Shown here piece after piece: positions 23,058 to 44,782 of a stretch of 64,000 nt of DNA (the first letter of the stretch is position 1; each line of letters starts with the position of its first letter). The stretch is from Paraspadella gotoi. Its lineage: Eukaryota; Animalia; Chaetognatha. The notes under the pieces were generated by a model, which saw only the letters and a list, made by a program, of their open reading frames with translations, was not told where the DNA came from and ran no database searches. The stretch is taken from assembly GCA_051294375.1 (NCBI GenBank), contig CM119267.1, positions 18,555,972 to 18,619,971 of the forward strand, written 5' to 3'. A program made the position numbers and the translations under genes.

Positions 23058-25276
23058 TTACGCAGCTTACGCACACATTCTCCCACCCAAAATACACAAT
23101 CAAACACACACACTCAATCCCGCACACAACACATACATTCATAGCGCATACATACTCAATCTCATCTCTCCGACACAATACCTCAAACACTAAAACACTT
23201 ATTTTATCCGCTTTGCACGCATCAAGCGCATCAAACTGGAGTGGGTGGAGATCCAGTTCTGCGTCTTGGCGGTGACGGACATACTCGCCAGCGTCGCGAT
23301 CGTCGCTCACGTCTCCGAACGTATCTTCATCTGGTCGCGCGGTGACATCAAAGCGGCGCTCGCCGAGAGGTTCGTCGACAATTCCACAGTTGGGGGATTC
23401 GTGGCCGCAGGTGAGGTCGTGAGGAGGCGAGGAACAGTTAAATTATGTCGAGAACCACCCGATATGGCTTTGGACTTAGCTTATAATTTTTGGCTGACAA
23501 ATTTTATGTACTTAGTCGGTCCGTAACTTTCCATTTTCAGTAACATTTGATCTTATGGTCGTGGTAAGGGTAAGGGTAAGGGTAAGCGCTCGAAGGGCAA
23601 GAGGTAAATTAATCGAAAATATATTTTTCTTCAAGAGGTGAAAAAACCTACTTTATTTTACAAAGTATATGCACCACAAAGCCCAGTTCGGCGTTTAAGT
23701 GATAATTTTTATCAGTCTTCTATCACCATTTCGATTTCGATATCGATAGTATACTGTTATGTCATCATAAATTTCTGTTTTCATACTCATCATAGGCGAT
23801 AACTTCAGTCTCTATGTCGGCCCAGATTTCTTCCTCGTGATAAGGAACAACAAAAGTTGTTCTTACCTCCTCCGTTATTTCACGGCTCGATATTTCACCG
23901 ACGGTTAGAAAATTTAATGATGTTTAGGTAAATTACGTAATGACGAGACGCGTTTGAACTTTTCATTCCGAAGGTTTGAACCGAATCGTTTTCGTTTATA
24001 TCAACGTCGCCAAAATCGCCGAACTCTACTGGCCACGTCTTCCGCTACCCGACGGCGAGGGGTAAAGTTTATATGAAATTGGTACAACCAATATAAAAAT
24101 TATCCATTCATTTAATAAATAAGCTATCTTATATATTAGAACTAAGGCTGAAACGTAGTTCTTGTCATAGAAATTTTGTACTAATAAACTAGTCAGAATC
24201 ATAGAAATTAAAAATCATCTATGTATATTTAGATCACGACTTCGTTTCGCTGGAAAGTTACTTTGCGCCTCTTCCGTATCGTCCGCAGTCTTCATGGTCA
24301 TTTGGATAAGCATTTTTCGATACGCAGGTTTGGTATTGGCATTGGAGCGAGTGTCAAGACATTCGCCTGTTAATACAGAGGCTCTTATGATTAAAAGGGA
24401 CGGGGCGCTTTCCACCCGCCTAATTCGATGCTCAGGAACTACTAAATAATGAACTGTTTCGCAAAAACAATGCATGAAAACTTTTCCGTCTCTTCAATAA
24501 TATTCAATAATGTATTTATTGTCCGATAAGTAAATAATTTTTTTCTTTCTTCTAGTTGACCGTGCCAAGGAAATTTTAGGGGTAGTTTTATCCATTTATT
24601 ACTTCATCCCGTTCGTTGTTCTCGTGGCGGCGACCGTATTGCTCTTCCGAAAGTTGCAACAACAAAAGAAGACTTTGCGTCGGCTGGACCGCGCCTCGTT
24701 GGTAAGACTGTAGACAGGTCGAGTATAAAAGGGTCTCGTGGATTTGACGAACCAACATTGACAATGAAACGGTCACTTACCATTCGTGAGTGCGAATGCT
24801 GGGCAGATTTTGACCAAACGATTTTTCCCAATTCAGGAGCATCGTCGAGAGAGGATACAGCGACAGTTGAAGACGATGATTCTCGTGATCACATTGGCCT
24901 ACCTCCTGTGTCATCTGCCGGGTAAGTGAGCGATCGAAAGGGCAAACAAAATAGCACGAAGATCTGAAATAACCCTCCCCCCCCCTTTTGGAATTCAGGA
25001 CTAGTTTACACCATCTCCAAAGAATTTTCTCTGTCAAAGAAATTTCGAAGCATCGCGTCCCGAGTCAGTACATCGACGTTAGCTCTCAATTCTCTCGTCA
25101 ATTTTCCGCTATTCGTCGAATTCAGGTTTAGGGACGAAACTCGTAACGAAAATTTGGCTTTGACCGAGGAGCATAACATTCGCTTTTATAATTTTTTCAG
25201 CTCTGAATTTCGGAAATCCTTGCGTCACTTGTTCGGTTTCGTCGATCCCCATTGGCGCATCGACTTTCCGAGATGA
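22716..25276 (+). CDS. Divergent rhodopsin-type 7TM GPCR, paralog B (10 exons, 357 aa)
   Basis: Exons 22716-22743, 22829-22965, 23227-23410, 23796-23903, 23974-24061, 24233-24327, 24556-24701, 24837-24921, 24999-25125 and 25201-25276. Intron phases are the same as in paralog A (1,0,1,1,2,1,0,1,2). Motifs: VFNVL, LAVTD, YFIPFVVL, AYLLCHLP, NSLVNFPLF, SSEFRKSL. Confidence 0.88.
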
Positions 25277-25980
25277 CGGATATCACAAAATTCGCATAGA
25301 AGACGAACAAGAAAACGAAATCATTCCCTACGTTTGATTTATTTTTTTCATTGACTGACATGATATTATTCAGAAATATTGTAGTGAGAGTCTAACTTAT
25401 TCGTATACGCATTAGTAGATTAAGTTTTTTCTTTATGAGCGAGCCTAGCGTATAAATATTAGACAGCGACAGCAACAGGTCATTCTGTAGAAGAAGTTTA
25501 TAACATCTATGTATCAATTTTTCACTCAGTATTGGGAGGTGGATTCTTCAGATCTCCTGCACTAGTAGCAGAGGAGTCTCCCGGTTATTGAGCTCATTTT
25601 AACCTTTTGAATTCGAAAGGAAGAGTCCAGGAAATTCAGTCTCTTCTTTCCGGTCTCGTGTCGCTTTCCTCAATCGATACTCAAGAAAAACTTACCTTTA
25701 GTCTGCCGTCCTATGATACCAGTCAAATACGTCTAAACTCGTAAAAACACCATTGCTTCATCTTGATTTATAAGCCAGGAAAAAATATTCTAGCTTATCA
25801 GTTTTCAAATCAGTTTTAAACTTTTTAAGCTAAAAAATAAGCATTGCTTTTGTTTATAATGTAATTCCTCTTGATCGCTTTGATCATTGTTTTTCTCAAG
25901 CGTAAACGGAACAACCTACAGAATCAACTGTTGAAGAGACAGTGATTATTGTTGTGTTAGTGACAGAACCGTTCAATATA

Positions 25981-26130
25981 AGCAGTCCCTGAGCTTCGGA
26001 TCAGGCTGTAACACCGTGTTACAGGCGGGTTAAGCGCCCCGTCCCTCTTAACTGCTGGGCGGCCACCGGGCTAGAACCCCTGACCTTTGGGTTGGGAGGC
26101 GAATGACTTGGCTCCGGCACCAATGGTCAC
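25981..26130 (-). mobile_element. tRNA-derived SINE-like element with a twister-like structured body; a decayed relative lies at ~24388-24441 (+)
   Basis: Minus-strand B-box-like GGTTCTAGCCC (26068-26078), followed by helices AGCAGT/ACTGCT, CTGTAACA/TGTTACAG and CCTGA-TCCGAAGC-TCAGG. The string gggacggggcgctt..acccgcct is shared with the copy in the GPCR-B intron. Confidence 0.55.
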
Positions 26131-26622
26131 TGATGAACGGTTGGTGGATTTTAGCCCACCATACTATTTTTATTGTTTTTATTAAATATGAATTTATGAA
26201 GTTAAAAAAAAAAACAAAAACCAAAGACTTCGTTTGAAAAAAATTAACCCACCCACTACCTTCCCTTGTTACAAATTCTTTTTTGAAAAACGTAACTTGA
26301 AAGGGAAAACTCCGAAAGTGAAAAAAAAAGGTGGTCACGCAATCTTCGTTTTTCCTATGAAAATCGTGGCCGATGTAAAATCGTCTTTTCGCTAAAAGTG
26401 AGGTCGAGAAATAATCAAAAGAATATTATATAATTGCACCTCCAATAAATATTAGAAGATTCCTCGGATTTGACTGAATCGTGATAATTTTTCGTGAGCG
26501 GTTCGGTGACCGAACTATCGAGAATTTGATCCTTCTTTGAAGTACAATGGAAGTTGTTAAAAACCGACGCTTTTCAAACGGCGATGAGTGATTTTTATAA
26601 AACCTTCGACTCCAAGGCTACG

Positions 26623-27722
26623 ATGGAAAGACTAGTCTTTTCGGTGTTCTCTCTCTTCGTTTCTTTGGCGGCGTCGTCTTCGGATTCCGTCGCTAACGTG
26701 GATAACGTCATCGCCCTCACCTGCCGTCAAAATGGGTAATCCAAAAGCTGACCTTTTTTTTTTCTACAATGTTTAATAAATATTGTTTATTTTTTTATTC
26801 ACTACCGTAAACTATTTTGTCAATAGATCTAATAATAAAGGACAAAAAAATGGTATTGAAAAAAACATGACACGACTGACAGCATAAACGACCCGAAGGA
26901 AATAAATTCGTAGTACAGGGCGTTTAATGAGTTTAATATTCCACTTCTCCGCTAAGTATTAATATATTAATATTTTTAGGCGATTAAGTCGCTGTGCAAC
27001 TATGAGTAAAGTTTGTAGGACGAAATCGATTCCATTAAAGAGCCATTTCGAGCATATCTGTTATCAATTGTTATTTATTTACGCCTAGAATAATTTGAAT
27101 ATTTAAATTTATTTTAAAAATTAAACCATACTAGATTTATGCGTTTAATTACCTTTTATAGTTATATAGTTATAGTTCCTGATCCATGTGTTCTTTGTCA
27201 ATCTCCAAAAAGGGTTTTTTACTACAATATGCAAATGAGTTTTTAATTTCACTCAGAACGAATTTTGAGGCGACTATCGAGCCGACCTTCGGATGGCAGT
27301 ACGTCCAGGTCGGTGTTGGCGTCAGTGATATCTCCTCCGCTTGTTGCAGTCGCTCACCGTACGCGTCAGTGACCTTTGACCTTCAGAGGTCCCAGTGCGA
27401 GACGGTCTTTGACGGGATCGAGATAGCATATTCGTTCCAGGTGATGAAGGGATATAGAAAGAAAGAAAAGAAAGAAAAAATGAAGGAAAAATAAATAAAA
27501 GAGAGAAAAAATAAAGTTCGAAATATAGGACTAAATAAAAAAGTAGAAAAAAAGTCATAATAGCATCGCAGATGATGACATAAAATACAAATCTAAAATT
27601 ATGATATCACATCCAGGTGCTGGCCCGCGCCTCTTTCTTCGTTGAGACCGACAAAGACCTCCAAATGCTCGTCCGCTGCGGCTTCAACTTCGGCGGTGAG
27701 GCGCTGTCGGGCGACTTGATGT

Positions 27723-27754
<32 letters not shown>

Positions 27755-29135
27755 TCGCCGGCGAATTCCGTGACGGCGACGGTGGAGGAAAAAAACGCGA
27801 CTCTCTCATCGAACGAAGGAGATTTCGATTTGGGAAGAATAGAGAATCGAGATTACGGGGAAATCGAGGTCAGCCTGTTAACGGGCGGAATAAGGATTAA
27901 TATGGATTCTATTTATTTTTTACTTCAGAACTCGTTGGAAAAAGCACAAATCAATTTGTAGATGTTAAAAAGCTTACCGCCTATTTAAATAGAAAGTCTT
28001 TGTTGCATTTATATTTTTTGCAAATATTTCAATTCACATAGCGGAATCAAGGCGGTCCGAATTAAAAGTGACTGAGATGAAAAATCAAAAATATTTGCAA
28101 AAAATATTAATGAACGCGATGTCCTTTCAACAAACTTTACCTCATATTGTTTGTTCTTCCCGCCAGTTGGCGCTGAAGTCGTCACTCAGTCTCACTCAAT
28201 TCCCGGAAGTTGAAGTCGTCGTCGACGAAGTAGACATCAAGTCCCGCGTGAAAGGCGTCAACGTCACTTTAACTTTCTACTCGGACTACAGGTGGCGCTT
28301 TATGATTGGCTAAGAAAGATTTGACCGAACCCTCGTGATAATAATTAAAAAAAAAAATATCCATTGCAAAATTGTAAGGATTTTTTTTTGGTGTCATTAG
28401 CGATTGGACACGACCTTGACTTGACTTGACTACCTCACTCTCAAAGCTGCCTCTCCCATCAGTCGCGTCGTCGGCGACTACGATTCCTTCTTCCGATCTT
28501 TGCTTCGCGCCGACTTCGCCGTGCGTCTCGGCGTCGCGGAGGATGACGTCAACATCCTCGTCGTGAAGAGAGGAAGCGTCGTCGTCGTCTTCGTCGTCGA
28601 GAGACCGAGGAACCTGACGGAGGTCGGTGATGGGGCGAGGAAAGGGATCTGGAAGGTGGGTTCAATTGAATAGAGGCTTCGATTATACGATTTTCCGGAG
28701 GTGTCTTTTAGGTGGTTGACTTAATGATAGAGAGTTTATTTGAAAATTATGTTCCGTTAAAGGATTTGGTTAAAGGAAAAAAAAAAAAAGAAACTTTAAA
28801 AGCTATTACTAAACAGACGCTGCCAAGCACTTCTAAATGTAAATTCTAAGTTTTTACAATAGAACCGCGAATTATTTTTGTTATCCTCTTCCCGATTTCT
28901 AGGAAATGTTCGGTTCTTCTCTCGATCGATTCTTTGCCGAAATTCGGAACAATAGCCTCAACTTGATGGCGAACGAGACTCGACTGGAGACGCGACTGCG
29001 GAACGACTCGTCGACGGTCAAGCTGATCAAGGAGGACATCCTCGCCGTCGATCTCTTCGTCGACTATAGGGTCGTGGAGATTCGGAACAGAGCAACTGTG
29101 GAAGGTGGAGAGAGAAGAGAGGAAGAGAGAGAGAG

Positions 29136-29213
<78 letters not shown>

Positions 29214-29231
29214 AGAAAGAGAGAGAGAGAG

Positions 29232-29286
<55 letters not shown>

Positions 29287-30592
29287 AGATTGAGAAGAGA
29301 GAAAGAGAGTAGGAGAGAGAAAGGAAGAGAGAGAGAGAAGAGAGAGAGAGAAGAGGAAGAGGAGAAAAAAAAATCAAACAATTTTTTTTTTTTGCAAGGT
29401 GACCCCCGTGGACGACCCAAGCCTCAGCGCCCCCGTGCCACCGCCCGACCGGCTCACCGACGGCGAATTCGCCCTACTCCTCGTCTTCGGCTTTTTGGGC
29501 TTCTTTCTCCTCGTCGTCCTCGTTGTCGTCGGCGTCGTCTGCTGCGCGCCGAAATCAAAATGGCGTCGAAACGGAAGTGGAAAGTGGAAGTTGTCGGACG
29601 GCGGTTGGCAAGGTGAAGTTGGAGGCGACGTTTTAGGAGGCGGTTTTAGCAGCAACGCTCTTAACTTTTTCCGAATACATTAAATGAGACACCATAACGG
29701 AAAACCTTAATAACAATAAATAGACGACTCTGAACTGATGAGTATCCACAGAAAACCTTTTCCGGTAAAATTTTACCTTCGCCGACTGGTGTTTTGGCGT
29801 ATTTAAAAAAAAATATTTAAAAATACTTATTTAAAAATTATTACCTAATTACCCTAACTCTGTGGATAAGGCGNNNNNNNNNNTACAACTCTAACCAGTT
29901 AACCCCTATCGGCGAAAGTAAAATTATGCCCCTTTTCCTGATATCAAATCTTTTCCAGAAAACGACCACTACTGCCCTCTATTTCGTCGCGACGCCGTCA
30001 CTCCCCTAAACATCGCCAGCCCAAAACTGCAGTCAAAAAGTGAGACGTCATCGACTTCGACCGTCGAGTCGTTAAACTTGAGACAAACAAAAGGCGTCGA
30101 GATCCAGAGTCTTCGATCGCCGCCACCAGGGGCGTTTAGGTTACCTGGGGAAGTGGATATCATTTCCGATGCGACGGTAAGAGCATCTGCGTTTGTTGAG
30201 CCGATCCGATTAGAAAACTTTATAATTCTTGACTTTTATTCTTTGCTTTAAATTCATAATTATTTACGTTTTGTAATTTTCCTTCGATATTATTCCTCCT
30301 TACGTTCATACTACATAAGTACATATGCTATCACATAAAAAATTTTCAGCAATTCGTCGAATCGGACGGCGTTGCCATTAATCTCCACCGAGGGCCGAGG
30401 AAATCCCGCCACGCCCCGGATCCTCTGCGACGGCTTCCCTCAACCCGACCCTCCGATTCTCGGCACCCTCTCTCTCCAACTCCCTCTACCGGCGATGACG
30501 ATGTTTTTGGTCCGGTCAGCCCGAGGGAGGCCAGTCTGGCAGGATCGACCCGATTTTTGCCGGGAGCGGATTGGCTATTTAGAAGATACTGA
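26623..30592 (+). CDS. Type I membrane protein: signal peptide, ZP-N-like domain, Thr-rich linker, SEA-like domain, TM helix, S/P-rich tail (9 exons)
   Basis: Exons 26623-26735, 27257-27440, 27617-27868, 28167-28291, 28463-28622, 28903-~29100 (donor uncertain), 29399-29612, 29959-30176 and 30350-30592. Signal peptide MERLVFSVFSLFVSLAAS; Cys pattern LTC..ACC..QCE..VRCGF; VVKRGSVVVVF; TM FALLLVFGFLGFFLLVVLVVVGVVCC. Confidence 0.8.
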
Positions 30593-31702
30593 ATTGGTCT
30601 GAGCGGGAAGGTTCTCATATCATTGGTTAAACATTATATCTATTGTAACAAGTGTTCGCAATGAACGGCTTAGTTTCTCTTAAAAATTGAATGAATCGGA
30701 CGAGAAAGAGAGACGGATTCAATCTCGTTAGCAAATAACCGACATTTTCAAAATAAAAAAGCGGTATACTTTCTTTTCAAGTTTATTTATATTAGTTTCA
30801 AAAAAAAATTTGAGATCAGTCGTTACATTTTGTTGCACACAAACAAGAAAAAAGTATGGAAATTCTGCGGAATGTTACGAATCATCTAAACCGGTTACTA
30901 AGCTAAAAATTGTGCTCATAACGTTAAGATATGTGTTTGTCAATTCTCACGTTAGCCCAAGACTAGGGCATGACGAAATAAAAATTTGTTAATAAAAATT
31001 ATTTCTTCGCGAAAAAAAACTTGGTACAACATCGTACGGAAGTTTAAACCGCTAACAATGTTTTTATTTATATCACGTATTACTTCCCCTAACGTATAAC
31101 AATGTAAAATTATTTGAACACAATTGAAATTAATGAATATATTGGTAAAATCATATAGGGAAACATCTCATTTTGAATTATAATTTGTTTCGCTATGGAA
31201 GATGGATCGCATACATTAAAAATTGTTAAAAAAAGTTAGCAAATTTCCTCGGTAGGTTGCCTTTTGGCTTTATAAATTTTTTTACAGAGAAGCAAGCAGT
31301 TTTTTTCAACAGTTCTACCATGTATATTATTTTTTAAAAAGCCTTTTTCGTTCATTGACGGCAGCTCGTATTCTTGGTAAATTTTTAGGAAAAAAAAACT
31401 ATGAAGTAAAATTCGGGACTTCCCTTATGAAAAACACGAAGACAATCGACCGAGGATACTCGCTTTTCCCTGGAAAAAAGTTTTCCCGATTGACGCTTAA
31501 AAAAATGAACTAAAAAGTAAGTTAAATCTGCGTCGCGAACGAAACGTCGCAACGCAAACAATGGCGGTATAATGTTTCGTCAGGAAAAGAATAAGAAGAG
31601 ATACGTATGTTTGAACTTGAGCTTTCGACGAAACGCGGTTCGTCGACAGCCTTCTTCGTTGTCCGCGACGCTCCTTACCTATTTCTACCCCGATCGAGAA
31701 CC

Positions 31703-39400
<7,698 letters not shown>

Positions 39401-40131
39401 CTGCGCGGGCGCGGTAAAAAAATATTAACTTAAAATTAAGTTAAAAGAAGGTAACACGTACGTACGTAGTTTTGGTTCCAAAGAGATGCCTAAGTTTAAA
39501 AAAAAAACAATTAGGTCAACGTTCTCATAAACTTTTATGTAATAAAATATTACAGCATAATCATTTCAAGTATCAAGTCGTTTAAACATTTCTTTGGAAC
39601 CGCATACTGTACGGCATTAAGATATAAAAAAAACTCAAAATAGTTTGTTTCAAAAGGAGCACGAGGGTATTCAGCACAAAGGGATTTTCAAGTTTTATAT
39701 ACAATTTTAGTTCGAAAAAGCAGTCGATACTGATTGTTAGAAAAAAAACAAAAAAAAAAAAAACAATATCACGATGAAAAAAACTGCCGCAAAGTCAGAC
39801 GACAAAGGTTTATAATTTTTTTGTTAAATTAAATAAATAATCCAATACTTTTTTTTTTCTCCATGAGCTTGGTATTGGACTTTGTACGGGGTCAAGACTC
39901 TAATCTCCATTTTTTTTATCGACAGAAAAGGGGAAAAAAAATAATAGTATAATTCGCTGGGATCGATTACGCAGTAGACGAGAGGTTATATCGTTTAAGG
40001 CGGAGACTCAAGACGCAAAGATTAATGATGGCGACGGGAGTTTCGAAGATTTGGAGAGCCGCTCGCTAATAACCACGAAAAACAAGATACGGGACATTCG
40101 GAGAGGAAAAGAGGGAGGGAAAATATGAGAT

Positions 40132-40219
<88 letters not shown>

Positions 40220-43200
40220 GAGGACAAGGAAATTAGCGTTTTGAACAAAGAGGAGAAAAAAGATTTTTTGGAAAAAAACAGTTGCAACGACGACGACGAC
40301 AACGACGACGACGGAATCTCTCAAAGATGGCGTCCTACGAAGACACGACATCCGAGGAAATCTCGATTAGGAAGAGAAAAAAAAAACGCGGAAAAAGGAA
40401 AGTAAAAAAGGGTAGAAAAGGAGGAAGGGAGAAAATAATAGTTAAAGAAAAAAGTGAATCAAGGAAGGAAGGATGGAAAACAGGATTGACTAGTATAAGG
40501 TATAAAAAATATTAGTAAATAAAAAAAAATGAAAAAAAAGAAACGTCGAAAAATTAAAAAAAATTAATAAAATAGGAGAAAAGAGAAGAATAAAACTTTC
40601 GTCGCTTTTTCGCTTTTTCGCGACGAAATGATCGATGGTGGTGAATATTGTAGAGAAGGAAAAGAAACGAAAACAAGAAGAGGAACGGAAGAAAAAAAAA
40701 AGAACAAGGAAAATATGTTGTTGGAAAAACAAAAAGGAAAAAATCGTGGGGGGGGGGGCTAAAAAAATGGGAAAAGGAAAGGGAGAAAGGAAATGAGGGA
40801 ACTACGAGAGTCAGAAAAGGAAGGAGACGAAAAGGAAAGGTCATAGGAGGGCCTCTCTTTCCCAGAGACACGAAAACCGACGAAAAAAAAAAAATATCCG
40901 TAAATAAAGAAATTCTGACTAACGGAGACTGAAGAGATTTTTTGGTTCCGTTTATTAGTTTTCAGCTTGGTCTTTGTCGTCGTCGTCGTCGTCGTCGTTA
41001 TCTACCGACATTAGAGCGTTGACAGATGAACCTTGTCATCGTTTGTTACGTCCGACGGTTCCGGGTGAGGTCGATCCAAAACGGATCGTGTAAGCTTTGA
41101 CTCGGGGGGGGGGGTACTGAGGTAAGTTTATATTCGAAAAGGGCGAGTAACTATTAAGCCCCCGACAAAAATCGGTTCTCAATGCTCGAAATGGGTCGTT
41201 CGAATGACCCAAAGCCTTGTCGGTTAATTGGCCGACTTTGCGTCAAAGTGGTAAAATATGGAGCCTGACCTAATCCGAGGCGGGCCCGTCTGCCACAGCG
41301 CAGCTATTCGTGCATGATTATGGCCCCATCGCAGAAGAGTTAAAGTGTCTCTCTCAAGGAACAAGTTCTCCGTTATGGAGGTTAAAATTACTGTTCCTTA
41401 TTATGTAGGGTACTGAAGAAATTTATAATTTACAAGTGAGGCGAAAAAAAAAAAATAACTCCCCCAAAAAAACTTGAATGACGCGGAAAATAGTAATTAA
41501 AAAAAAAATATAAAGGATAATCGCATTTCCACGTTACAATAACGATGCACAAGTAGAAGGTTATTACATTTTAGTACAATAACTCTCGCTCGAAGGTTAT
41601 ATCAGGTTTTTCAGACGAAACCCTTATTGACGTTAAGCATTAACGAAGGAGGAGGGGAAATAAAAGGATAAGCTCGAACTTACCTTCGAGAGAGAGAACG
41701 AGTCTCGCTGAAGAGGGGAAAAGGGCGGGTAAGGTTGAAAGAGAGGAGATGAAGAGAGAGGGAGACAGAGGAGTGGGAGCGAGAGGGAGTGGGGGATATC
41801 TTCTTTTCGGAGATCAGGGTGGATGGCGTTCATGGCACTATTTTTCGAAATGGCCCCCATTTCTGTTTCTAATGCCCGAATTTAATTTTAATTTAAATAT
41901 TTAACCATATTCTTTTATGAAATATTTAATCTAATACTTAAGCTTAATTATTAACCTCATTAACTAACCTTAGATTAATACCTCACCCAAATCGGTAGCC
42001 TAAATCTTTAACCACATTCTTTAACCCTAAATATAAATCCCTAACTTAATACTAAATTAAATCTATAACCAAAAAATTAACCTAAAACTTAACCTTAATT
42101 TTTAAACTCGGTTACAATTAGCTGAAATTGTAAATTTAAGCTGAAATGGGGCTATTTTGGAAAATAGATGTAGAAACGGCTAATAAAGAGGTATTAGGAA
42201 AAAAAATGAAAAAGTGATGAAAAAATTTAAGATCTTAGACTTAGAATTTAAGTTAGATAAGTTTTTGTTGAAAGTTTGTGGAAAGAAGGAAAGGGAGATG
42301 GCAAAAGCTTTCTTTCAGCTTTTAGGGCCAAGGGAGATTTATCTTGGGTAGGTCGGGGTGAGAGAAAAAAAGAAGTTCCTGTCAGAGAGAAGGGTGAGGT
42401 AAAATAAGGAAGATTGGGTCAGAAGGGGAGCTTCATTTCGATGTTTCGAGAGTCTTCGGCCAGGATTTTTAGCAGGAGATGAAATAAGTCATGAAATCCA
42501 TAAAATATTGGAAATTCTTCCCGCCCCCCTCTCTCCCCCCCACAAAAGCCGAATATCTCGAAGGACACGCTGTTCTCTCTTCTTCTTTTTTTTATCTCGA
42601 CGGCGGCAGGGGCAATAACAGCGCCTTCTTAACCTTTGTCATTTGTTTCTACTTTGTTATGATGTAGTCTATTAATAATAATAGAAAGAAATATTAAAGA
42701 AATTCGCTTTCGTTCGCGCGGAAAAAAAGGTTCGTAAGCGCTGTACTCCATTGACGCCGTCCGTTGTTTTCGTTGTCAAAATTACAGTTTTGGCTCCGCG
42801 ACGACGAAAAACAAAAAACACACGTTTAGAATCATAGATGGCGACCGCGAGGAATACATAACGGCAGAAAAACAAAAGGGAAGTAAAATTTAAACAAGCG
42901 TAAAATGGAGGAAAATAGATAAAAGGCCCGTCTAAAAATTAGGGACGCGGAAAGAAAAATAAAGTTTCTGTTTAAATTACGTGAACTAAAAGAAAATTTT
43001 CCGTTTTTTTGGTAGATCTGTGAAATGAATAATGATTCGTTCACGTCAAACTGTATTGAATAAGTTAAGAAAAATTCAAAGATTAATTAGCAAATGCCAT
43101 AATTTTATTTGCACTACGCACAATTAGTAAATTAGCGAAAAGCTTACAAGATAAAAATATCGAAAGCTTTACGATAACTTTTCCAATTCGTATTTGAGAA

Positions 43201-43232
43201 CGTTAATGAAACGCCAATAAAATAAGATAACA

Positions 43233-43343
<111 letters not shown>

Positions 43344-44022
43344 GCTTTTCTCCACAACGCCTCCGGCGAGAGAACATGAAACAGACTCTCTTTTTCTCCG
43401 TTGAACCAAAAAAATTATTGATAAAATTCGTATTTTATCCAAAAAGACAGAATTCAATGATCATCGAGTCTCAGTAATAAGAAATTGTACTTTGTATCAT
43501 TTCATGCACATGGAAAGTTTTTTTTTCATCTTCTGCAGTTAACTTTAGCAAAATGATGTGGCAGAAAAAACAATTCAGAGACGGAAGCATAAAGAGGTAG
43601 AAAAAAAAAGACAGAAGGCAAGTAGGAAGTAGGAAGGGAAGAAAGAAAGAAGGGATGAAAGAAGTAAAAAAAAGAAAGAAAGACAGAATGAAAAAAAGGT
43701 AGAAAGAGAAATGAAAAAAATAATGAAAAAAAGAAAGAAAAATGAATGGACAAAAGAAATAAAGAAAAAAATACAGACGGAAAGACAGAAAGAAAGAAAG
43801 AAAGAGAGAAAGAAAGAAAGAAAGAGAGAAAGAAAGAAAGAAAGAAAACCTAGATACGCTTAGATTTCTTTGCGGGCGGCAGAGTCAAAGGAGGCAGATT
43901 TCCGCCGAAAAATTTATGGGGGAGAAAACGTAGAACGAAATGGGGAAAGAAAATTGGAAATCGTTCATAAAAAAAAAGATGGAACAAGTCAAACGGACAT
44001 AATTACGGTGCCACTAAAGGAT

Positions 44023-44719
44023 CTACTTAGGAACGATCGGACGAGGAGACCAACGACCGCAAAATCGCCGCGAGGAAGACGAATCACGAAGCGTCTTTAT
44101 CTTATCAAGATTTAGCGTCGCCCAAGTCGGCGTCTTTGCGATTTTTTTCCCGCCAGAGGAAGCGGCGAGTCTCTGCGCCACTTCTTTCCTCCCTCTTCGG
44201 GCCACGAGAGGCGTAGTTTCTCTGCCAAACAGGACGGGATCTCTCGACCAGTTCCGATCTCACCTGAAGACGTAGTTGTTGGTCGACGCCATCGAAAGAG
44301 ATTCTATGTTGAGGTTGTCGTCGAAGGAAAAGGATTTGGAGGCGGGGCGTCGCTTTCCCGTCGACCAATCAGCGCCCGTGATTCCTGAAGTGGACAAATG
44401 AACAACTAAGTTATTTATTAAAATTTTTTTTTTAAAGAATCATTTAAAGAAAATGAATGAGGGGAAAAAGGGAATATAAGAACATTATCATGTCCGAAAG
44501 AAACTCGTTTTCGGAGCAAAACTATCACTATATCGTCAACAATCAAAAACTATTACAAATTTGAAGAATGAGACTGAGAGTGATCAATGTGTCCCTGACG
44601 TCAGCGACCAAATGACAGGATTTCAGTTTTAAGAGAAAAAAGTAGATCTCAAACTCGCTTAATCCCTTCTGCTCTCTTCCTTCGCTCCAATGACCATAAA
44701 AACAATATCAAGGTAATCT

Positions 44720-44782
<63 letters not shown>

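Noticed and set aside
41140-41340. A few short hairpins in a GC-balanced intronic patch
   Set aside because: No recognisable motif, and too few stems to exceed chance by eye.
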